This document shows, in pieces, positions 16,910-24,433 of a stretch of 64,000 nt of DNA (position 1 is the first letter of the stretch; each line of letters begins with the position of its first letter). The stretch is from Bacteroidales bacterium. Its GTDB lineage: Bacteria > Bacteroidota > Bacteroidia > Bacteroidales > WCHB1-69. A program made the translations under genes and the position numbers. The notes below the pieces were generated by a model that was not told the DNA's origin, did no database searches, and was given only the letters and a program-made list of their open reading frames with translations. The stretch spans positions 17,361 to 81,360 of the forward strand of contig JAKSMG010000006.1 in the NCBI GenBank assembly GCA_024400755.1, in the 5' to 3' direction.

Positions 16910-17553
16910 GACTGAATGCTGTGATTATTTGTGACGATTCAGAAAGCAATGATTTGAAACCTTTGTTTTCAAATCTGATGCGTGAAACATCCAATGCTCT
17001 CTGTGCATATAAAGATGCAAACAACATCGATTTGACACTTGAGAATCTTACACACGAGAGAGTTGATGTTCAGTCTCTTTCAGAGCGTCTTTCAAATGTA
17101 AATCAGAATGACTTTTTGTGCTATGTGTATTCGCATGGTGAGTGCGACAAGGTTCAGATGGATGGAGAAACCATTGTATCAACAACGACCAATCAATATT
17201 TGTTCAGCAATGCCTTGATTTATACATTTTCGTGCAGCAATGGTAGCGAGTTGGCAGATGTATTGATAGACAATGGTGCAAAATTATTTGTAGGATACAC
17301 GGATAACGCTTGGTTTACGATAGGTTGCGAAAATGAATATACCGAAAGAATTGCAATGACATTTGTAAATTCGTTTTTGAACGGTAACAATGCACAAAAA
17401 GCATTTGAAGATTTGAAAGAATCGTATAACAATGTGATATTTGACGATTCGTTGAAAGATCCGATATTGAAAGGAAATCTTCGCAAAAATCGAGACTGCT
17501 TGACACTCAAGGGTGATGGAAATTTAAGGATTTCAGATGTGAAACTGAATTAA
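16906..17553 (+). CDS. minimal caspase/gingipain-like (caspase-hemoglobinase fold) protein, putative protease effector
   Basis: Hydrophobic strand then His (LCYVYSHGE, His77) and hydrophobic strand then Cys (LIYTFSCSNG, Cys110), followed by LFVGYTD. This assignment rests on the motif pattern only. Confidence 0.45.
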   Translation: MRLNAVIICDDSESNDLKPLFSNLMRETSNALCAYKDANNIDLTLENLTHERVDVQSLSERLSNVNQNDFLCYVYSHGECDKVQMDGETIVSTTTNQYLFSNALIYTFSCSNGSELADVLIDNGAKLFVGYTDNAWFTIGCENEYTERIAMTFVNSFLNGNNAQKAFEDLKESYNNVIFDDSLKDPILKGNLRKNRDCLTLKGDGNLRISDVKLN

Positions 17554-17566
17554 TTGGAAGAATTTT

Positions 17567-18703
17567 ATGCCAAAGAAAAAACATACATTTATCGATTTGT
17601 TCGCAGGGTGCGGAGGCTTGAGTCTTGGCCTTGAGCAAGCTGGCTTTGCCCCTTGTTTTGTAAATGAAATTGTTGAAACTTTTTGTCAAACATACAAGGA
17701 AAATCATAATTTGTCAGAAGACAGGTATTACGTTGGAGACATTAATGAACTCAATCAAGAAATTGATAAATTTTCGCCATTATTTAAGGACGTCACTCTT
17801 GTATGTGGGGGGCCTCCCTGCCAAGGATTTTCAATGGCAAATCGTCAAAGAGTTATTGATGATCCAAGGAATCAACTGTATAAAGCGTTTCTTCAATTTC
17901 TTAGTAAAGTAAGACCTCAATTTTTCATCATGGAGAATGTAAAAGGCATGATGAATAAAATAGATGAAATAGAACAAAATTACAAAGATTTCTTGGGCGA
18001 TGAATATGCTTTTGCCTATGACGTGTTAAGAGCCCAAGATTTCGGCGTTCCTCAAAATAGAGAACGGTTGATTTTTATTGGGAACAGAGTTGGAGTTAAT
18101 CCAAAAATGATTTTTGAGGAAATCTACAAGCAAAAAAGAATATCCTTTGTGCTGCGCGATGCGTTGATTGGATTGCCTCATTTAGAATCAAAAACCGACA
18201 AAGGTCAGAAAGATATTGAAAATGATCTGTCTGGTTTTACAGTTCGAGATTTTGAGTATATACAAAATGATTTTTACCATTTTATTAATGGGGAAAAAGT
18301 ACTGACTAAATTGTTCAATCATAAGAATAGGTATAATAATCCGAGAGACATTGAAATATATAGGCGTTTGCCCCAAGGCGCAAATTCGCTTCATGAATCT
18401 ATCGTCGACATTATGCCGTACAAAAGCAGAAATGATATATTCAAAGATAAATATTTCAAACTTGATGAAAATCAAATTTGCAAAACTATAACTTCACACA
18501 TGAAGTACGATTGCAATATGTACATTCATCCATGGGAAGCTAGAGGATTAAGTCCTCGTGAGGCAGCTCGAATCCAGACATTTCCAGATGATTTTGTATT
18601 TACTGGAGCACAAAATCAGTGGTATGCGCAAATAGGAAATGCCGTGCCAGTAAAATTAGCAAAGGCAATAGGTGAAGGAATAATGAAATTTATAGAAAAA
18701 TGA
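17567..18703 (+). CDS. DNA (cytosine-5)-methyltransferase (island MTase 2)
   Basis: Motifs FAGCGG, GGPPCQGFS, ENV, QNRERLIF and GNAVPV. Confidence 0.92.
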   Translation: MPKKKHTFIDLFAGCGGLSLGLEQAGFAPCFVNEIVETFCQTYKENHNLSEDRYYVGDINELNQEIDKFSPLFKDVTLVCGGPPCQGFSMANRQRVIDDPRNQLYKAFLQFLSKVRPQFFIMENVKGMMNKIDEIEQNYKDFLGDEYAFAYDVLRAQDFGVPQNRERLIFIGNRVGVNPKMIFEEIYKQKRISFVLRDALIGLPHLESKTDKGQKDIENDLSGFTVRDFEYIQNDFYHFINGEKVLTKLFNHKNRYNNPRDIEIYRRLPQGANSLHESIVDIMPYKSRNDIFKDKYFKLDENQICKTITSHMKYDCNMYIHPWEARGLSPREAARIQTFPDDFVFTGAQNQWYAQIGNAVPVKLAKAIGEGIMKFIEK

Positions 18704-19779
18704 GACATTTAGAGTTATTTGCAGGTATAGGTGGTTTCAGAAGAGCAACGGATTTGCTCACTAAAGATAAAATAATGAATTTTAATTGCGTTGGATATTC
18801 GGAAATTGACAAAAATGCAATTTCTACCTATTGTGCTAATTTCAAGCCTAATAAGGATGAAATACCCATAGGAGATATTGTGACATTTACCGCACACCCG
18901 CAAAATATCCAATCGCTTCCCGATTTTGATTTGCTCACAGGAGGATTTCCGTGCCAGACATTTAGCATGATGGGGAAAATGGCTGGCTTTAATGAGGATA
19001 GAGGACAGATGTTTTTTCGAATCATGGATATTCTTAAATCGAAGCATCCACGTTATGTTTTACTTGAGAATGTCAAAAATCTTGTCAATCATGACAAAGG
19101 GAAAACTTTTTCAAGAATCAAACAAGAATTGGAAGATTTGGGTTATCATGTTTTTCCAAACATATATAATACAGCTGATTTCCATCTTCCTCAAACCCGT
19201 AATCGTCTTGTTGTGTTTGCAACAAAAGATGATTTAGATGAAAAATGGATGAAAAAAGCATTTACTCCAAGCTCTGTAAAAGAAACATTTGATAATGTTT
19301 ATAAAACATTAAGCACAAATCATTATTCTACAGTAATTGACGTTCTTTCTTCTAAGGCTGATAGTAAGTATTTCCTTTCTGAAAGGATCAAACCGACCAT
19401 ACTTGCCGATGGCTCAGCAAACTTCAAGTCAAAATCGGACATTAATATGAATATTGCTCGTCCTTTGACCGCTACAATGCACAAGATGCATCGTGCTTGC
19501 CAGGACAACTATTATAGTCAGGATTTCATTGAATCCCATGGCAAAATCAATCATGTGGAAGATTACACGAAGGAGCAATTGGCACAATTACCTATTAGAA
19601 AACTCACCCCGGAAGAAGCATTTATGTTGCAAGGTTTCCCAAAACAGTTTGCTACAAATGGTCGAAAAGCTGGAGTGTCAGATGGTGCGTTATACAAACA
19701 AGCAGGAAATGCTGTAAGCGTCAATGTTATTTATGCAATACTATATTTTTTGATTACTAATAATTTAATTGTTGAATAA
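18700..19779 (+). CDS. DNA (cytosine-5)-methyltransferase (island MTase 3)
   Basis: Motifs FAGIGG, GGFPCQTFS, ENV, QTRNRLVVF and GNAVSV. It overlaps MTase 2 by ATGA. Confidence 0.9.
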   Translation: MRHLELFAGIGGFRRATDLLTKDKIMNFNCVGYSEIDKNAISTYCANFKPNKDEIPIGDIVTFTAHPQNIQSLPDFDLLTGGFPCQTFSMMGKMAGFNEDRGQMFFRIMDILKSKHPRYVLLENVKNLVNHDKGKTFSRIKQELEDLGYHVFPNIYNTADFHLPQTRNRLVVFATKDDLDEKWMKKAFTPSSVKETFDNVYKTLSTNHYSTVIDVLSSKADSKYFLSERIKPTILADGSANFKSKSDINMNIARPLTATMHKMHRACQDNYYSQDFIESHGKINHVEDYTKEQLAQLPIRKLTPEEAFMLQGFPKQFATNGRKAGVSDGALYKQAGNAVSVNVIYAILYFLITNNLIVE

Positions 19780-19781
19780 TC

Positions 19782-20831
19782 ATGTTTTTTTTCTTCTTTA
19801 ATAACGAAAACAGGATTGGATTTAAGAAACTGACTGGAGCAGATTTGGGAATTTCTGAAACGAGCCATCAATCTCATATTGGTTTATACGAAGGTGTTCT
19901 GGAGTTTTTAGACGATTCTGATGTTGTAAGATCGGCTATGTTAATCTATGGAGACTACTGCAATGTGTTGGATTGTTCGTTCGACAGAATAAAAAATCCA
20001 GATGGTTCTTACAGAAGCCCTAAAATACGAATAGGCCAAGATTCAGACAATTCAGTTGTTTCAAAGATCAGAGGGTTTGCAAGAGAATATCCAAATGACG
20101 ATTGGTATCTGGCTTGGATGGGATTAGAGAGTAAAGAACTGGTGTTTTGGCTTGTCAAAAGTAGTACGACGGACTACGATACTGCAAGGAATTTTTTTCC
20201 GAAAGATAAAATTGTATTACAGGAAGATTCACCGACCTATAATGCTGCAAAAGATTATCTTTTGAATCGAATAAACTTTCTAAGCGTTGATGTCCAAAAG
20301 GATATTGAGGTCAAAAGTTTGATTGGTGATTCGAGGAGAAAATATAAGGTAAGAGACCTCGAAAATGCAGAACGGCAATTCAAGCTGACAGGGAAAGAAG
20401 GTGAAGAGTTGGTTGCACAATTTTTAGAACGAGAGAAATTGGCGAAACGAGTAGAGTCCTTCGTGTGGGAAAACAAATCTTATGAATCTGGATTGCCGTA
20501 TGATTTTATTGTCAATGGAAAAATTTTTGTTGATGTAAAATCTACAAGATTTGATTTTGAACAATTTTTGTTTTATAGCAATCAAGAGATAGATTTTGCC
20601 GCTGCCCAAAACAATTTGACCTACGCTGTATATAGAGTGTTTGATATGAATATGGAGCAAAGAAAATTGTCCATTTGTAATAACTGTCAGCCGTATATGA
20701 AATCTATACAACAGCCGATTGTTGATTTAAAAAATGCCGTAAGAACACAACATGCTCTTATGCAAAGCATAAAATTGGGATTAAAACCATCTATTTGTTT
20801 CAATGAAATAAGCAACCCTATTTTATTATAA
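19782..20831 (+). CDS. putative restriction endonuclease subunit with a C-terminal DUF3883-like PD-(D/E)xK domain
   Basis: The C-terminal pattern GKEGEELVAQFL...LPYDFIV...IFVDVKST...FLFYSNQEIDFA resembles the DUF3883/NO VEIN-C nuclease fold. The N-terminal FKKLTGADLG... region may bind DNA. Confidence 0.5.
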   Translation: MFFFFFNNENRIGFKKLTGADLGISETSHQSHIGLYEGVLEFLDDSDVVRSAMLIYGDYCNVLDCSFDRIKNPDGSYRSPKIRIGQDSDNSVVSKIRGFAREYPNDDWYLAWMGLESKELVFWLVKSSTTDYDTARNFFPKDKIVLQEDSPTYNAAKDYLLNRINFLSVDVQKDIEVKSLIGDSRRKYKVRDLENAERQFKLTGKEGEELVAQFLEREKLAKRVESFVWENKSYESGLPYDFIVNGKIFVDVKSTRFDFEQFLFYSNQEIDFAAAQNNLTYAVYRVFDMNMEQRKLSICNNCQPYMKSIQQPIVDLKNAVRTQHALMQSIKLGLKPSICFNEISNPILL

Positions 20832-20834
20832 ACT

Positions 20835-22820
20835 ATGGAAGAAATAGTCAAACACATAAACGATACCAATGCTAGTTTTCGCACCCCGAATGCTGGTGAT
20901 GCAAAAAATACGGATTTATTTTTGGATAACGAACAATATGACTTATTTAAAGATGAAGGGGAACAAATTACCGTCCGTTATAACAAAGAAAATCTTTCAA
21001 AAGCCATTCTTTTCATAGCGTCCATACTTCCAAGAAAATATGATAATTCTGGAATGCATAAATCTATCACTTATTCTTCGGAATTTGTATATGACCAACT
21101 GGCTTTTCTGGATTATTTCTTCAAAGAAAGTGGTGTTTCTGTAGATAAGAAAACTCAAAAATGGAATGTTCGTAAGAATGTGCCAAAGAAAAATGGAGAA
21201 ATAGATAATCGATTCTATTTTAATGGGCTTCTGGATGATGTTGAATATGTTAATGTCAAAAAAGAGAGGGTTTCCTCGAAATTCACTATACGCAATTATC
21301 TTGCTGGTGGATATTCTGACCTCCACATAAAAAGGGCTAATGATGGCATCTTTGATGTATGGGTGACAAATGTCCAACAACCATATTTTGATGATAAAGA
21401 AGAATTAGAAATTGAGGATAAGTCGTCACATAATAATCTCCCTCTCCAAACCATCTTCTACGGTGCCCCTGGCACAGGGAAATCACACAAGGTGAAGGAA
21501 GTGACAGAGACCCTGCCAAAGAGCGATGTTTTCCGCACTACGTTTCATCCGGATTCTGATTATTCAACTTTTGTGGGTTGTTACAAGCCCAAGATGGTGA
21601 AAGCGCCTATTAGAGATGGCAGCGGACACGAAATAACCTCGGCATGTGAAGATGAGAAGAAGCGCATTGCATACGAGTATGAACCGCAGGCATTCCTGAA
21701 AGCCTACGTCCGTGCCTACGAAACCAACGATCCTGTTTTCCTTGTCATCGAGGAAATCAACCGCGGTAACTGCGCCCAGATTTTCGGCGATATGTTCCAA
21801 TTGCTGGACAGAAATGAAAACGGCGAATCGGATTACGCCATCAAACCCGAAACGGCCATCCAGGAATTTCTCAACGAAAAGCTGGAAGATTGTGACATTG
21901 CGGATGAAACCATCAAATCGGGAGAAGAGATGCGTCTGCCTGCAAACCTCCATATCTGGGCTACGATGAACACCTCCGACCAAAGCCTGTTCCCGATAGA
22001 CTCCGCCTTCAAGAGAAGATGGGATTGGAAATATATGCCAATCGACACACGAAAAGAATCATGGGGCATCAAGGTAAACGGGACTGAGTACAGTTGGAGC
22101 AGTTTCTTGGAGAAAATCAACGAGGAGATAGGTTCTATTACTAATAGTGAAGACAAAAAACTCGGCTTTTATTTCTGTAAAGCAGAAAATGGCATCATCA
22201 GTGCTGAGAAGTTTGTGAGCAAAGTGCTGTTCTATATCTATAATGATGTGTTCAAGGATTACGGCTTTGAAAGCAGCAAGAACAAAGATCTTTTCAAAGA
22301 TGGTGACAACAAGCTGGCTTTCGGGACATTCTATTCTGATAATGGGAATATTCGAGAAGAAAAGGTTGATCTGTTTTTGAAGAATCTTGGAGTAGAAGAT
22401 GCCAAAAGAAACAACATGATTTCCAATGATGAAGAAGATGAGGACGGGAATAGCTCAACCACCGAAAGCTCAAGTCGTAACTACGATAAATTCTCCATCA
22501 ATGGTTCTGGTAGATATGCAAAAAATAATCTTGCAGCAGAATGTGTGAAGAAGTATATCGAACTAAACTCCGATATCACTGTTGAAGAAGTTCTTCATAA
22601 TTGGAGTGATTTCAAGAACTTAGTACCTCATTTCATGGAATCAAAAGACGAGTTTGATGCTAGGACAGATAACAGCAAACGTTCTCATGAAATTCCGTGT
22701 AATGGATCAGTATTGTACGTGGCACACAATGGCTATGGTAGCAATGGCAAGGCTCAAATATTGATGGACAGCGTGAATCAAAAAGGCTGGGGATTGACAA
22801 TCGAAAGACATAATGCATAA
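20835..22820 (+). CDS. McrB-like AAA+ (GTPase-type) restriction subunit
   Basis: Walker A FYGAPGTGKSH. The McrB signature FLVIEEINRGNCAQIFGDMFQLLDR and HIWATMNTSDQSLFPIDSAFKRRW are both present. N- and C-terminal domains are uncharacterised. Confidence 0.85.
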   Translation: MEEIVKHINDTNASFRTPNAGDAKNTDLFLDNEQYDLFKDEGEQITVRYNKENLSKAILFIASILPRKYDNSGMHKSITYSSEFVYDQLAFLDYFFKESGVSVDKKTQKWNVRKNVPKKNGEIDNRFYFNGLLDDVEYVNVKKERVSSKFTIRNYLAGGYSDLHIKRANDGIFDVWVTNVQQPYFDDKEELEIEDKSSHNNLPLQTIFYGAPGTGKSHKVKEVTETLPKSDVFRTTFHPDSDYSTFVGCYKPKMVKAPIRDGSGHEITSACEDEKKRIAYEYEPQAFLKAYVRAYETNDPVFLVIEEINRGNCAQIFGDMFQLLDRNENGESDYAIKPETAIQEFLNEKLEDCDIADETIKSGEEMRLPANLHIWATMNTSDQSLFPIDSAFKRRWDWKYMPIDTRKESWGIKVNGTEYSWSSFLEKINEEIGSITNSEDKKLGFYFCKAENGIISAEKFVSKVLFYIYNDVFKDYGFESSKNKDLFKDGDNKLAFGTFYSDNGNIREEKVDLFLKNLGVEDAKRNNMISNDEEDEDGNSSTTESSSRNYDKFSINGSGRYAKNNLAAECVKKYIELNSDITVEEVLHNWSDFKNLVPHFMESKDEFDARTDNSKRSHEIPCNGSVLYVAHNGYGSNGKAQILMDSVNQKGWGLTIERHNA

Positions 22821-22842
22821 GAATTAGCATTGAAGAATAAAT

Positions 22843-24423
22843 ATGGCATTTCACATCAACATAGAAGACCTGTTGAACGGCAAGGCGGTGGAAAACAATC
22901 GCCTTGACTATAAAGAAGGATGGAATCCCGATGCCATCTATCGTACCATCTGTGCCTTTGCCAATGATTTTGAAGATACCGGCGGTGGCTACATTGTGGT
23001 GGGCGTGAAGGAAGAAAACGGTCGTGCCGTGCGTCCGGTGATGGGTGTTAATCCGCAGCAGATTGAGACAATTGAGAAGGAAATGGTGGGTTACAACAAC
23101 CTCATACAGCCATACTATCAGCCGCGGTTGTTTATTGAGGAAGCCGACGGCAAAAACATCCTCATCATCAAGGTTATTGCTGGCGAACGCCGCCCTTACA
23201 AAGTGCCTGATTTTATTACAGCCAAGCAGAAAAACTGGAATTACTATATCCGCTATAATAGCAGCTGCATCGTTCCCAAGAACGAGTACGAGGAAGAGTT
23301 GCGAGGGCTTGCCAACCGCGTGCCGTTCGATGATCGTGGCAATGCTGACATCAAGATAACCGATATTTCAACCTCTATTTTACGTGACCATCTCGTGTCG
23401 GTGAAGAGTGCCCTTGCTAACGAGGACATGAGCGGCGAGCGTCTGTGGACAATACTTGATCAAATGGACTTAACGGAACAGACACCCGACGGACCTGTCA
23501 TCCGCAATGTGGCAGCCATGATGTTCTCTGAGCATCCCGACAAGTTCTTCAAGTACTCTCAAGTGGAGATTGTCATCTTTCCTGAAGGACGTGAGCACAA
23601 TCCAAACAACATGATTGAGTTGCCCGTCATCAAAGGACCTGTGCCCTACATGATACGCGACACAATGAATGCCCTGAAGGTGAACGTCATCCGCAAGAGC
23701 ATCCGCAAACAGAAGTTCGACGAGCATTCCATACCCACCTATAATTACCCTTATCAGGCATTAGAGGAGGCGGTGGTCAACTCGCTCTATCATCGCGATT
23801 ATCAAGATCGCGAACCCGTAGAGATAACCATGGAACCAAACAAGATCAGCATTCTTAGTTTTTCCGGCCCTAACCACACCATTAGCATGGATGCCATCCA
23901 TGAGGCCAAACTTCTCCGTTCGCGCAGATATCGTAATCGCCGCTTGGGAGAGTTCCTTAAGGAACTTGATTTGACGGAGGGTCGAAGTACGGGCATTCCT
24001 ACCATTCAAGAAGAACTTGCCAACAATGGTTCACCAGCCGCCACCATAGAAACCGATGACGCTCGCTCGTATTTCATTATTGACATCCCGTGCCATAAAG
24101 ACTTTGTGGGTGATGTTTTGGTGCTGAATGAAGGAGAAAATGCCATAAAGGATGTTGCGAAAAAATTAACTGACAGACAAATGGTTATCTATGAAATCAT
24201 AGCACATGGCACATTGGATGAAACCATAAATGTCCCTGTAAATGTCCCTGTAAATGTCCCTGTAAATGTCCCTGTAAATATTTCTATAAATGTAACAACC
24301 CTTGCATCGTGGCTTATGGTGACGGAGAAGACCATTAAACGCGACCTTTCTGCTATGCAAGCTGCGGGTGTTATCAAGCGAGTAGGTAGCGATAAGACAG
24401 GTTATTGGGAAGTAATTCAATAA
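22843..24423 (+). CDS. AlbA_2 (Schlafen-like) / HATPase_c_4 / wHTH protein (RecG-like putative DNA-binding family)
   Basis: N-terminal RLDYKEGWNP...ICAFANDFEDTGGGYIVVGV. Central VNSLYHRDYQ...RNRRLGEFLKELDLTEGRSTGIPTI. A C-terminal winged-helix domain follows. Confidence 0.75.
   Translation: MAFHINIEDLLNGKAVENNRLDYKEGWNPDAIYRTICAFANDFEDTGGGYIVVGVKEENGRAVRPVMGVNPQQIETIEKEMVGYNNLIQPYYQPRLFIEEADGKNILIIKVIAGERRPYKVPDFITAKQKNWNYYIRYNSSCIVPKNEYEEELRGLANRVPFDDRGNADIKITDISTSILRDHLVSVKSALANEDMSGERLWTILDQMDLTEQTPDGPVIRNVAAMMFSEHPDKFFKYSQVEIVIFPEGREHNPNNMIELPVIKGPVPYMIRDTMNALKVNVIRKSIRKQKFDEHSIPTYNYPYQALEEAVVNSLYHRDYQDREPVEITMEPNKISILSFSGPNHTISMDAIHEAKLLRSRRYRNRRLGEFLKELDLTEGRSTGIPTIQEELANNGSPAATIETDDARSYFIIDIPCHKDFVGDVLVLNEGENAIKDVAKKLTDRQMVIYEIIAHGTLDETINVPVNVPVNVPVNVPVNISINVTTLASWLMVTEKTIKRDLSAMQAAGVIKRVGSDKTGYWEVIQ
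24227..24295 (+). repeat. in-frame 12-bp tandem repeat (TAAATGTCCCTG x4 perfect plus 2 degenerate)
   Basis: Read directly from the sequence. It encodes (VNVP)4 followed by NISINV inside the C-terminal wHTH region of the AlbA_2 protein. Confidence 0.9.
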
Positions 24424-24433
24424 AAAGACAACT

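Noticed and set aside
14161-17553. Classifying the kinase/receiver cassette as Detocs.
   Set aside because: Detocs as I know it has a TPR-type sensor kinase, a receiver-only buffer protein, and a receiver fused to a PNP-like nucleosidase effector. Here the sensor is a second GHKL domain, and the putative effector is a separate caspase-like protein. Only a formal HMM search can settle this.
24227-24295. Tandem repeat as a CRISPR array or minisatellite outside genes.
   Set aside because: The units are 12 bp with no spacers, lie in frame within a coding sequence, and there are no cas genes. I saw no CRISPR array anywhere in the window.
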